DNA of 37,358 bases from positions 1 to 37,358 of the forward strand of contig CAYPPF010000006.1 of assembly GCA_964412535.1 (NCBI GenBank), given 5' to 3'. Below the pieces are notes generated by a model. That model had not been told where the DNA came from and ran no database searches. It saw nothing but the letters and a program-made list of their open reading frames with translations. Every line of letters starts with the position of its first letter. Positions within the stretch are counted from its first letter, which is position 1. Source of the DNA: an uncultured Gammaproteobacteria bacterium (GTDB lineage Bacteria; Patescibacteriota; Patescibacteriia; Magasanikbacterales; UBA922). Position numbers and translations under genes: made by a program. Positions 16,901 through 24,742 of the stretch are shown in pieces.

Positions 16901-18157
16901 TTCAGGAAGATCCTCTGGTACACTTTCTTCTTCCCTTTCTCCCTCTAATACAACCTCTCTTTTAAGAATCTTTTCTCCAAGTCTTTGTACTTGCAATCGT
17001 AAGGCTGGTATCTTCTCTTTTTCAATTACTCTCTTTATCTCTTCTAATTCTTCTTGTATTTCCTTTAATCTTTCTGAAGAAGCCTTATCAGTCTCATGCC
17101 TCAACCCTACAACTCTGTTTCCAATTTCTTTCCTTCGTGCCACAGGATCAACTACTGTCATCATCTCTCCCTCTTTCTGTCTAATATCGTTATCTATTTC
17201 TTCTAGCTCTCTTGATAGTAGTATTCTTGAATCTTCACTTAACTCCACTTCCTCTTCTGGAGGAGAGACAACTGGTTCTGACTCTTCAGGAAGATCCTCT
17301 GGTACACTTTCTTCTTCCCTTTCTCCCTCTAATACAACCTCTCTTTTAAGAATCTTTTCTCCAAGTCTTTGTACTTGCAATCGTAAGGCTGGTATCTTCT
17401 CTTTTTCAATTACTCTCTTTATCTCTTCTAATTCTTCTTGTATTTCCTTTAATCTTTCTGAAGAAGCCTTATCAGTCTCATGCCTCAACCCTACAACTCT
17501 GTTTCCAATTTCTTTCCTTCGTGCCACAGGATCAACTACTGTCATCATCTCTCCCTCTTTCTGTCTAATATCGTTATCTATTTCTTCTAGCTCTCTTGAT
17601 AGTAGTATTCTTGAATCTTCACTTAATTCAGCCACTTGAGCAACTAGACCTTCCCATGTTTCTTTCACTGTTTTTAACTTGTCAGCACCAATTGTATCAA
17701 TTTCATTTTTAAGGAGCTCGATCTGTCCTTTTATCTCCCCAATCTCCTTATCTATGGCAGCATCTGGTACTTCTTCTACCCCCTCTTCAACAGGAGCCTC
17801 TTCTGGGGTAGACTCTTTTTTAACCAGCTTTACCACCTCTTTTTCCATCACAACTTCCTCTATCATCCCCCTTATTTCTCTACGCTGAGGACTAGTAAGT
17901 TTTACTATAGCTCCCTTTCCATACAGCATGGACAGTACATCATTAACTACTTCTATGCCAATCTCTTCTCTTACTACTAATTCGCCTGTACTAGGATTTA
18001 CTTTTGGTTCGCCTGTACTAGGATCCTCTGTGTACCACTTCCATTTAAGGTTAGGGTTGTGTTTGTTCTTTTTTAAGAAAGCAGAAAGAATAGGTTTCAG
18101 TTCTTGAAACTTTTCTTCATTCATTATCATTCTGCGTTGTTTCTGTTCCTCTGACAT
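10931..18157 (-). CDS. Giant (2408 aa) acidic, coiled-coil-rich MORN-repeat protein with one predicted TM helix and a Lys-rich tail
   Basis: Uninterrupted ORF. MORN-like YxGxWxxGxxxGxG units are encoded at about 12490-13060 (GKLEFPDGSYFEGVWKDGVLEGEGK, GKWKEGVLHGQGKQKFPG...). The hydrophobic segment VLWAAGIAAVVIWGASF is encoded at about 11947-12006. A KKKIEKKKKKTKSPRKKRKKKEEKKK stretch follows. There is a 1-nt gap to the upstream gene. Confidence 0.85.
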   Translation of the reverse strand: MSEEQKQRRMIMNEEKFQELKPILSAFLKKNKHNPNLKWKWYTEDPSTGEPKVNPSTGELVVREEIGIEVVNDVLSMLYGKGAIVKLTSPQRREIRGMIEEVVMEKEVVKLVKKESTPEEAPVEEGVEEVPDAAIDKEIGEIKGQIELLKNEIDTIGADKLKTVKETWEGLVAQVAELSEDSRILLSRELEEIDNDIRQKEGEMMTVVDPVARRKEIGNRVVGLRHETDKASSERLKEIQEELEEIKRVIEKEKIPALRLQVQRLGEKILKREVVLEGEREEESVPEDLPEESEPVVSPPEEEVELSEDSRILLSRELEEIDNDIRQKEGEMMTVVDPVARRKEIGNRVVGLRHETDKASSERLKEIQEELEEIKRVIEKEKIPALRLQVQRLGEKILKREVVLEGEREEESVPEDLPEESEPVVSPPEEEVELSEEVKGMLKELEEKFGSRKLRDTDEKTILEGFADIRETLEKLQEHPEARKQVGEFIKNRHSNSILNARFWNGEKDAHLPALEQIINDLSLDVEISKEYLEGERDKLFRGGLFHYEKVTGIEDYYAGKGILMDWPEQALIQRAFSENLGIGYIESADEALRYANERVDTDLDLSETVFLTAAEDIIKEFGFRNPSLVKSRMQDLVTYAVQRGIDEKVFEDLLQQAEDMSSPPDPEPEAVPEEEPVEVEDEVVRNKKEQVRRMLDRVYEMVDIFVENNEPLNVPVLRRDMVEKGLDEVVELSKVEEYIDGWSGLLRQVTERFIELVKEEFKLVGGYTQDEIDDELNKVNLQHEVENQVPELVALYRRLRSEQASDPDRLRKAVEDAEELLGDEEDDSDIDLTPTEDADRIFEEAVSGFDEETFDDFDDEDPTVPTIPLDVKPRTGPPRHRAIDLGDGKMAGGQLVEGTESPDDEPPAPEPRDIEGPDEYLYGLHMDRFKSNWERLEDGNINIFALEGAATALRGALSQKPGLEDKLPDGFADKLIEIYKEVMEEENKNDEWEILKARTEDLAGVAEVVLPTEAALALGESPEEFVDSFGDSEWEVSDDGEDEADVLSGDEVVEPAETIPPSVEVPEPDESGYVELKSGEGLKGLLAQLTGEKVDEIWGRLREASGIAAKLHLLGLKKYFKKFVEGMRDAEEKSSTSREQLLEYMKKNELDGGIYKDYEAEINEEQERVDYITGRLNNIQEIAVSREEVKDGFEHLLIMGWEMVRWVNKKTESNLYLLGLLTESDKESVPDVPEEETPASVAEGGEPAGYNPYHKSLEVIPPTLDSSGEESEPEEPTEPEYEELESNGNLEDLLSQLTIEKLNEIWDRLVEASSAVVRFYLRDKKKIFAQFVGELKRKHGERVLPLKGRLTTNIQEINDKAGANRARVFQERRGYIEAQEVDLTDFLEGMLNNTPNIASSRKKAKLGLSRLFKVGMGRIRDIVADYETIVRSTESEITHFGGVLSPDASTVSDPDPIEKELEEFVGPEEYEKLDGFNLVEVEDELTSEKIEQMWKTLIWNADGGAKSYLEKRKEDFETSLGDFSEIINKEVFPREDELFKGVQKLDDASHPDYETLARQVSSISEKDVLITEAMLETLNYITWYSDSKKRAKTLVPRLQWIVSRIREEVVNPLKELQGKISLEVIQIESTERASTRAATEGTVVEPPPVPGTEVEPPTSPPVGPPPPPESSPIERKLEVKEPADKKARETAREQGGIDFAGGTYTGKAVERAGEQIPSKGQGKLEFPDGSYFEGVWKDGVLEGEGKHNSVNPPFTAEGIFVEGMLSEGKVEDSNGTREGKWKEGVLHGQGKQKFPGATEFEGNFVDGKFINGKKIFPDGSILEGEYRDDIIVLARATDFMVDSDTKLTGLVRYITGKGVVLDGKGIKEVSGELPQEGKWKEGELIAKRIGELGSYDSEAKVFHAFDREEIGVGIEDCEGPELNFVSNPDTEEFEIKYTLIMPSDTPDGAPAIEYIMHGEYNKETGEFASQANDGRHVYERNTDFNEALKEFVTRVKLESIDGPPPSSVEGHYPESVEPEKEKIGVKLDRARAELKKKLGTKKAKKWGGRLKKVLWAAGIAAVVIWGASFEKKFDHEGKEKQKTGHEYHPEDVDVGEDEDPYLFVDRGGIEGTGMEVDGGIEDLEKLGKVKAKMKAEAEAKVKAEAEKEEKKKIEKKKKKTKSPRKKRKKKEEKKKGGTQSVDDQEFNQPEIDTSEIEPHETPMSLEDRWEKVKHHHLPEEPKEESDGYGEGIDRVENLIDDSEWSKADKQEAENYASFLRHGKKLLTTPGELESLVRGSAKSKKVNAPQLEWARKWFKETRKDLLERQVGALRNFSSGLEEHRKDEKGWAKVRSSLDKFDAGILGVQFVPSGRSTLSPEKQYIEFKIGLQINLEKSFQDAAIRHFSKKEKEEAEKDQSNAGGAAKVE
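16848..17626. repeat. Perfect tandem direct repeat, 2 x 384 bp plus 11 bp, in frame inside the giant gene
   Basis: Manual comparison shows 16848-17231 and 17232-17615 are identical. They encode an identical 128-aa unit (LSEDSRILLSRELEEIDNDIRQKEG...PVVSPPEEEVE) twice. Confidence 0.95.
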
Positions 18158-18158
18158 A

Positions 18159-18356
18159 TTAATCTTGTATATCCACTATCTTCTGCAGTACACCATGAAT
18201 CTTTTCTTGATCCACTGCACTACGTATTTTAGAGGCCAGTCCCTTCTCCTGCTTCTCAATATCATCCATGCTCTTCAAAAAATCAGCATACGTTTTTTTC
18301 AAACGACTTAACTTTTCTTGCAACTCTGCTAATTCTTTTTTCTTTGACTTAGCCAT
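18159..18356 (-). CDS. Small (65 aa) charged coiled-coil protein
   Basis: ORF lies between two operon genes with 1-nt gaps on both sides. MAKSKKKELAELQEKLSRLKKTYADFLKS shows a heptad-like pattern. Confidence 0.6.
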   Translation of the reverse strand: MAKSKKKELAELQEKLSRLKKTYADFLKSMDDIEKQEKGLASKIRSAVDQEKIHGVLQKIVDIQD

Positions 18357-18357
18357 A

Positions 18358-18663
18358 TTATATAGACAAGGTTGTCTTTATCTTAGTAACTTCTTCCACT
18401 AACATGAATTGAATGTTTGGAACCTTGTACAAGAGAAAATCTTGTAACTCTTTTTGGTCATCACCATCCATTATCTGTCTAAATTCTTTTTCTAAAGTTC
18501 CTTCCAACATATCTAACAAACGCAATATCAAATTAGTGGTAACTAAATCCATTACTTTCCCCAACATATCATCTCTCTGTTCCTCAGGAAATCTATGTAG
18601 TTCCAGGACAGAGATTACTTGTTGTGTTATTTGATTATCTTGAGTCATATTATTAACGCTCAC
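18358..18663 (-). CDS. Small (101 aa) helical protein of unknown function
   Basis: The ORF overlaps the upstream 1190-aa gene by 11 nt and is 1 nt from the next gene, suggesting translational coupling. Confidence 0.6.
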   Translation of the reverse strand: MSVNNMTQDNQITQQVISVLELHRFPEEQRDDMLGKVMDLVTTNLILRLLDMLEGTLEKEFRQIMDGDDQKELQDFLLYKVPNIQFMLVEEVTKIKTTLSI

Positions 18664-21600
18664 CTTTTTTTATTTGCTCTAAACTAAGTTCTCCTTTAAA
18701 AACCTTATCTCCAATCTCTGCAACATATGTTGTGGTTGCTTTATTCAATGCACTATCTATATCAACAAAAGGAAAAACCTTTTTCTCTATTGCATAGAAT
18801 ACGAGACTGGAAAGCTTCGCTGAATAAGACACATCCTCTCCGTCTCCTGTTGCCTTATAAAAAGCATCCTTGAAAACCGCCTCATTAAAAGACAAACTTC
18901 CATCAACTCTTCTTTCTACAAAATTCTCAAATGCCTTCATCCATTCTGTTTCTCCTGTACCTACCAAACGATCAAATGTCGCTTGAGCAGTAACTATATC
19001 TATCTTTTCTAAAGGTTTTCCTTTTTTCTCTGCATATTCTTCTATCCATTCGATGGTTGGTAGTGGTGATCCTGGAGCTGACAGCTCACGTGTACGCATT
19101 CTATCTAATTCTTTATGGGAGTCCTCATTTAATTCAGGTTCTTTGCCTAGCCACTTGGTTATATCCTTATCAAGACCAGTTTTATCCACAATGCCGTCTT
19201 CAGTTGTACGCAAAAACGCTTCGTATACATTTTGGAAAAGAAGTTTTAAGGGTTGTAAATCTTCAGGAGAAATCTCAATTCCCTGTTTTTTTGCCTCGTC
19301 TAACACCACACTCACCTTTAACTTCCACCTAGGAGGAAGAGGATCTGACGCTAAAAATTGTTCTACCTCACTTCGTATATCAGATATATAGTTAGACTTA
19401 TCTTTCTCTTCACCTTTTTCTTCACCACCGGCTTCACTCTTTTCCTCTTCTACATACTTACCTAACAACATAGTTGCCCGCCTATAGTCTGTCATACCAT
19501 GCTTGTATTGATCTGCAGAAGGATCCGTGGTTTGTCCTGCTTCAGCCAAATGATCTCTTGCTTGAATCAAAAGCTCTGGCTTTAGTTCCAAGTTGATACT
19601 TCTTCCAGCTGACAAATTAACTTTCACTAATTTAGCTGCAATAACTTGATTGTTTTCTAACAAGTGATCAATTATCTGCTGAAGAGTTTCTTCAAGCTCT
19701 TTGCTACTCTCAGTACCATATGCTCTTAACAGTTCTGCTTGCAATTCATCTATCCTTGGCTTCATAGCTGCCTCCTTCTTTCCAAAATCAAAATCTGTAT
19801 CACCAGCAGCAACTTCTTTAAAAGGATCAGGAAGATTGGCAAATATTTCTTTTGCTCTTTCCACTATCCCAGCCTGGTCTTTCTTTTCAAACCTTTCGTC
19901 AAAAGTAGGCTCGGCCACTTCTAGTAGTTCATCATTTCTCCATCTTCCTACATCTAACTCTTCACCATCTTCATCAAACCATGTGCCCTGTCCCCATCTT
20001 CTTGGATGGTCTACATTGTTTTCTAAAAATCTAATATCTCCCTCATAGTAGCTACCGTCTGTATATACGATCTTTCCTTCTTCAGGCAGTACACCACCAA
20101 CGAACTTAGCTTCAACCATCTCTATCTCCGGACTATCAGGATAACTTATCGTTCCAACACCATCTGGCATACCTTCTTTATTTGTATTTCCTTCATACCT
20201 TCCTGACTCAATTACTTCCTTGGGTACCTTAGGTCCTTCTAAATCATCAGCTTCCTTCTCTTTTTTCACCTCAAACTCGGTCTCTCTTACCGAACTATAT
20301 ACCACTCCTTTCTTTTCTTTCTTACTAATTTCTTCTGCCTGTTTTGGAATATACTTACTCATCTGTTCCCACTGTTCATCAGTCAAAACAACTCCTGTCT
20401 CTTCTAATATTTTACCTAAATGAGCGCGTATCTCGTCTGTTCTCACCTGCGGGTGGTCAATGAGGTATGCTTTCACAGTCATCGCTGCAGTCAGCATATT
20501 TGTTACTGCCTCTGGGTCAAACTCTACGTCTTCAGCCATTTCCTCTTGCGCCACTTCTTTTTTGGAGGCTGCCTTAAGTCTTACTTCTGGCTCAGGCTGT
20601 TTAACCACCTGTTTCTCGTACTCTTCCCCTAAAACACCAACTTCTTTTTGTGAATCTTGCTTAATTATTTCAAAAAGCTCATGTAGCCCTTGATATGCAT
20701 CGTGCTGATTATTCTCATCCTTTTTCACAGATACCAAAAGCCTGATTATATTATCTCTCCATCTATTGCGCAACAAATCAAGATGTTCATTAGTCACACT
20801 CTTCTCACTTCTCACATCTTCCAACATTTGTTTGTACTCTCCCACAGCCTGATCAAATAACTTTGGATCAAAATCTCTCTTTTCTCTGGCTGGCTTTTCC
20901 TTTTGCACCTCTTCTTCTGTTTCCTCTTCTGGTACAAACAAATCTCCCATTCCCTCTTCTTCAAGGAATTCTTCTAATGTAGTTTCCTTCTCCTCTGGCC
21001 TTCTCCTCCAATCTCCAGGCTCTCCGATCCTAAAACTCTCCCTAAGTGCAAAAGAATCAGGGAAAACAGGAGAGGCCATTAACTGTTCTCTCACATGATG
21101 ATGGCTAATACCTTTTTTAGTAAGGCGCTGAGGTAGGCGCCATGCTCGTGGTAGATCCTCTGGATTTTCCTCCATTAATTCTAATAATTTTGCCAAAGGC
21201 AAAAATCTGTTCTTAGTCAATTGAATAAAATATTTATTTACCACTATTTCCTTTCCAGCTACATTTCTCCTCTTATCTCCTATTAATTGAAAACCTTTTT
21301 CCAAATTCCTATTAATCCATGTATCCAACTCTTCTCTTGCTTCTGGAGATTCTAACTTTCTTGCCTGTGCCTCTGCCGCGTTATGAGCACTTTTAACTCG
21401 CTGTGGATAGAAAACAAATTTAGGTCGGGCTGTTGGTCTTGTACCAGGCTTCCCTGCCATACCTTTGATAACCTTCTTTGACCAAAGTAAGTTTTCTATT
21501 TGAGTAACATATTTCTCCCCATCTTTCCCTATAATCCTTTTTAAATCCTCCTCACCGAGAACCCTTCTTTCTTCTTTTTCCAACTTTCCCAATAAATCTT

Positions 21601-22225
21601 CATACAAAGCAAAAAGCTCTACAGCACCCAACTTCTTTTCTGGAGTCTTTTCAATCTCTTCTTTTTCAACCTCAGGTTCGTCTTTGGACTCCTTTTCAAC
21701 CGGAGCTTGCTCGGGGGAAGTTTCTTCAGCTACAGGAACTACTTCTTCTGGAACTTCCTCAGGTACAATTTCATCACGCTTTTGTCTGGGCATCTCTAAC
21801 TTACCCCATTCTTGTTGTCCGCTACCAGGCCTGTCATTCCTTTTCTTTTGAGGGCGCTCTTTCTTCTTGCGAACATCTGGAGTATTTTTTTTAGCTTCTT
21901 TCTTGGGTAATTCATCAATCTGCTTTTCAGTCTCAGCAACTCCTGCCAAAGCCTCTCTAAATTGCTTTATAGCATTCCCACGAGCATCTTCAGTACGGAC
22001 AAACTTAAGGGTGCGTGCTTTTACCTGCGCTTCTTGAAGTAATTTGTCTAATTTTGTTTCTACATCTTTAGCCAAAGGCGCTGCCAATTGACTTCTCTTT
22101 CTACGCAGCCTTCTTATTATCCGTTCCAAAAGACTCAAGGCTTCTTTTTGATCCTTTATTTCTGGCACCCTTTCTTCCCCTTCTCCTCTAGGGGGTTGGC
22201 CTTTTGTTCTGTCCTCCTCGCTCAT
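18653..22225 (-). CDS. Large (1190 aa) Glu/Lys-rich MORN-repeat protein
   Basis: Uninterrupted ORF. MORN-like units are encoded at about 19925-20200 (GRYEGNTNKEGMPDGVGTISYPD..., GKIVYTDGSYYEGDIRF, GQGTWFDEDGEELDVGRWRNDEL). It begins MSEE like the 2408-aa protein. Confidence 0.85.
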   Translation of the reverse strand: MSEEDRTKGQPPRGEGEERVPEIKDQKEALSLLERIIRRLRRKRSQLAAPLAKDVETKLDKLLQEAQVKARTLKFVRTEDARGNAIKQFREALAGVAETEKQIDELPKKEAKKNTPDVRKKKERPQKKRNDRPGSGQQEWGKLEMPRQKRDEIVPEEVPEEVVPVAEETSPEQAPVEKESKDEPEVEKEEIEKTPEKKLGAVELFALYEDLLGKLEKEERRVLGEEDLKRIIGKDGEKYVTQIENLLWSKKVIKGMAGKPGTRPTARPKFVFYPQRVKSAHNAAEAQARKLESPEAREELDTWINRNLEKGFQLIGDKRRNVAGKEIVVNKYFIQLTKNRFLPLAKLLELMEENPEDLPRAWRLPQRLTKKGISHHHVREQLMASPVFPDSFALRESFRIGEPGDWRRRPEEKETTLEEFLEEEGMGDLFVPEEETEEEVQKEKPAREKRDFDPKLFDQAVGEYKQMLEDVRSEKSVTNEHLDLLRNRWRDNIIRLLVSVKKDENNQHDAYQGLHELFEIIKQDSQKEVGVLGEEYEKQVVKQPEPEVRLKAASKKEVAQEEMAEDVEFDPEAVTNMLTAAMTVKAYLIDHPQVRTDEIRAHLGKILEETGVVLTDEQWEQMSKYIPKQAEEISKKEKKGVVYSSVRETEFEVKKEKEADDLEGPKVPKEVIESGRYEGNTNKEGMPDGVGTISYPDSPEIEMVEAKFVGGVLPEEGKIVYTDGSYYEGDIRFLENNVDHPRRWGQGTWFDEDGEELDVGRWRNDELLEVAEPTFDERFEKKDQAGIVERAKEIFANLPDPFKEVAAGDTDFDFGKKEAAMKPRIDELQAELLRAYGTESSKELEETLQQIIDHLLENNQVIAAKLVKVNLSAGRSINLELKPELLIQARDHLAEAGQTTDPSADQYKHGMTDYRRATMLLGKYVEEEKSEAGGEEKGEEKDKSNYISDIRSEVEQFLASDPLPPRWKLKVSVVLDEAKKQGIEISPEDLQPLKLLFQNVYEAFLRTTEDGIVDKTGLDKDITKWLGKEPELNEDSHKELDRMRTRELSAPGSPLPTIEWIEEYAEKKGKPLEKIDIVTAQATFDRLVGTGETEWMKAFENFVERRVDGSLSFNEAVFKDAFYKATGDGEDVSYSAKLSSLVFYAIEKKVFPFVDIDSALNKATTTYVAEIGDKVFKGELSLEQIKKGER

Positions 22226-22234
22226 ATTGCTTTG

Positions 22235-22852
22235 TTAAGCGATATTATATTTCCTTGCCACTGAGAATCCCATTAACACAACTCCAATTATGAATCCTAG
22301 TACTGTGTTCACCAATGCGTTTGGCCTTACTGGCCAGTTAGTAACCACTGGATTATTTACCACCTTTATCGTTACATCACCACCAACATATTCCCAGCCT
22401 TTGGCTGCTAGTGTGTCCACTGCTGCCCCGGCTAGCTGTCTAGCTTGATTTTTGCTTGTACTATATGTACTCACATTCAAAACTCCAGTACCATACACAA
22501 CTGAAGTGCTAATAGTCTTTTGCCATGCCTTTCTTTTCTTCCTCTCAGAAATATCCTCAAACTTACTCTTGTCAATGACATATCCTGGCTGACTCATTAC
22601 TTTTTCAAAAAAATCATCAGTACTCATTACTTGAGCAATATTCTCCCCCACTCTCTCTGCTGACTTGACTACCGTATATGGGTCAACTCCATAGCGAGAT
22701 TTAGAGATAATGAGAACCTGGGCATCAGCCCTGTACTCTGCAGGAAGAACCAAAGAGATCAGTAGAGAGACTATGGCCAAGACCAAGCCAGCTGCTAAAA
22801 TGAGCTTAGCTTTTTTCGCCATCGCCTTAATTGGTGATTTGCTTAGGAACAT
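22235..22852 (-). CDS. Wzz/CpsC-type polysaccharide chain-length determinant (PCP) protein
   Basis: 205 aa with N- and C-terminal TM helices flanking a soluble domain. Contains a Wzz-like LVLPAEYRADAQVLI motif. The start could instead be MAKKAKL at 22822. Confidence 0.6.
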   Translation of the reverse strand: MFLSKSPIKAMAKKAKLILAAGLVLAIVSLLISLVLPAEYRADAQVLIISKSRYGVDPYTVVKSAERVGENIAQVMSTDDFFEKVMSQPGYVIDKSKFEDISERKKRKAWQKTISTSVVYGTGVLNVSTYSTSKNQARQLAGAAVDTLAAKGWEYVGGDVTIKVVNNPVVTNWPVRPNALVNTVLGFIIGVVLMGFSVARKYNIA

Positions 22853-22901
22853 AGTAAATATGTTAATTAATATATTATTAAAACACGTTTTAATAATCTA
22901 G

Positions 22902-23987
22902 TCAACCTGAAACAATCTGTTTTTTAACTAAAATATCAACCTCTTCTCCCTGACGCCATACAGTGGCCACAAATTCATCTGGGGAAAGGAAAACCTGTCT
23001 AGCATTAAGGGAATTAGAAATTGGCTGACCATCTATTCCCACCAAAACATCTCCCCACCCTATCGTACTACTACTAGCCCTTGAAGGAGCATCACTAATA
23101 TACCAACCTTGTAAGGGCTGCCACCTATCCTCAAACTTCACTCCACTCACTTGGTATCCTGACCAAGGCAAACCTTGATATGATATCCTCCCTCTTTCCA
23201 ATAGGGAATCCATTTGTTCTTCTATCATCCAACCAGGTATTATCCTGCTGTTTTCATCTGATATTCCTGCTAAACCTCCCTGGCTGTCAAACAAAAGAGA
23301 GCCTTTTTCAGCATCTGGAGAAAGACTGTACAAAAAACGAGGACGCCATACAGGATATGAAACAGCTAGACTAACATTCTCCAAATCATCTGCTACTACA
23401 AACTCCCACTCACTCCCCCTGACTGACCAAAGGCCATACCCACTATCTATCCTGCTCCAATCAACAAAAGAAGCAATACGAAAACCTTGTCCACTTGTCT
23501 TTATATACAACAACCTACTAAAAGGATCATACACTGTCCTCTCCACCTTGCGAATGCTTCCCTGATAGTCAACAGCCTCCCAATTTCTTTCCTCTCCAGG
23601 AACAAAATTAGGATAGAAAGCAACTGCCCATCCATCTGAACTCAAGTATGCTGCTTCTAATACTTCTGACTTTGGCATGTAGAAACTATTGTCTACCTTC
23701 TTGTTCTTGTCATACACAGTGACTGTTCTCTGTTTTGCCTGCTTTATCATCAATGGATCAACTTTTGTCCCTGCACTAACAGAAGAGCTATGACCAACTC
23801 CAAAATATGCTGTCTCATTCACAAAAACGGGAGCTATCCAAGCAACAGTTGACAAAGAGGCTGCCACTCCGCTAATGAAAGCAAGAAAAACTACAAACAA
23901 TACCCAACGAAGACGAGCCATACGCTCATGAGTATCAATACGACAGGCTCTTGGTGGCAAGTGAGGAGGGTCTTTCTTCATATCCAT
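22902..23987 (-). CDS. Membrane-anchored HtrA/trypsin-fold-like protein with a PDZ-like C-terminus and a degenerate active-site motif
   Basis: N-terminal TM (WVLFVVFLAFISGVAASL). AEKGSLLFDSQGGLAGI aligns by eye to the GNSGGPLxDxxGxxIGI motif, but Lys sits at the Ser position. GDVLVGIDGQPI is PDZ-like. Confidence 0.45.
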   Translation of the reverse strand: MDMKKDPPHLPPRACRIDTHERMARLRWVLFVVFLAFISGVAASLSTVAWIAPVFVNETAYFGVGHSSSVSAGTKVDPLMIKQAKQRTVTVYDKNKKVDNSFYMPKSEVLEAAYLSSDGWAVAFYPNFVPGEERNWEAVDYQGSIRKVERTVYDPFSRLLYIKTSGQGFRIASFVDWSRIDSGYGLWSVRGSEWEFVVADDLENVSLAVSYPVWRPRFLYSLSPDAEKGSLLFDSQGGLAGISDENSRIIPGWMIEEQMDSLLERGRISYQGLPWSGYQVSGVKFEDRWQPLQGWYISDAPSRASSSTIGWGDVLVGIDGQPISNSLNARQVFLSPDEFVATVWRQGEEVDILVKKQIVSG

Positions 23988-24742
23988 CTTACAAAAAAGA
24001 ATAATATAATAAAATACAAAATTATGTTAGTAGACAAAAATACTATTTGTTTTTTCCACATTATACCTTGCTTACTCAAGTGAAACCTGATTAACAACTG
24101 GATAATATACCACATCCATGTAACTAACGCTCCCAGTACAAGATATCCCAAAGGTAGTAAATGTATTGCCCAAATTATTTCCCATACTGCTAAAGACAAT
24201 ATTATTGCCCATAGTACAAACTTGTGCAAGGAAAAAGAAAAATACATTTGCCAGATAATTAACGTTACTATTCCTATCAACACACTCGTTAGCAATGCAA
24301 GGGGCCAGAAAGGGATAGTCTCAAAAAAAATATCTAGTGCAAATAAAAAGGTTGCAAGCACGTATGATACAAATACCCATGACATCATTATCATCCTGCG
24401 AAAAGGCTTGGTCTCATGACTAAGCAATCCACGAAACCTGCATACCTGGCTAAAAAGAAAAGCCATTACTATTCCTGCCAATACTATTAGCAGATAGCGG
24501 AGCCCTTCCCATTCTAGCAACATTAGCAGTACAACAAAAGCCAGTCCCACTATTATCGACAACACTAAGTTTACTATCTGCCTCTCCCCTTTCTTGTTCA
24601 GTCGTATTCCTAAAAAAACTATCAACCCAAGCCAGACAACTAAAATCAACAAAACAATCCACCAAATAGGAAAAAAGTTTATTAATAGCAGAGCCACTAA
24701 ACTCATCAAACCAATTAATATGCTGACTACTAATCGTATCAT
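23978..24742 (-). CDS. Polytopic membrane protein of unknown function
   Basis: 254-aa ORF that is almost entirely hydrophobic helices. It overlaps both neighbours (10 nt and 4 nt). Confidence 0.6.
   Translation of the reverse strand: MIRLVVSILIGLMSLVALLLINFFPIWWIVLLILVVWLGLIVFLGIRLNKKGERQIVNLVLSIIVGLAFVVLLMLLEWEGLRYLLIVLAGIVMAFLFSQVCRFRGLLSHETKPFRRMIMMSWVFVSYVLATFLFALDIFFETIPFWPLALLTSVLIGIVTLIIWQMYFSFSLHKFVLWAIILSLAVWEIIWAIHLLPLGYLVLGALVTWMWYIIQLLIRFHLSKQGIMWKKQIVFLSTNIILYFIILFFFVRWI

Noticed and set aside
16848-17626. The tandem repeat considered as a CRISPR-like or satellite array.
   Set aside because: It has only two long (384-bp) identical units with no spacers, and it is in frame inside a CDS. 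It is a gene-internal duplication.
16569-17639. A 356-aa plus-strand ORF, and similar plus-strand ORFs at 12912..13418, 15882..16406 and 19701..20048, all antisense to the giant genes.
   Set aside because: They are Ser/Leu/Phe-rich mirror translations of Glu/Lys-rich coding sequence. The internal duplication in the 356-aa ORF simply reflects the 384-bp tandem repeat. None has promoter or start signals.
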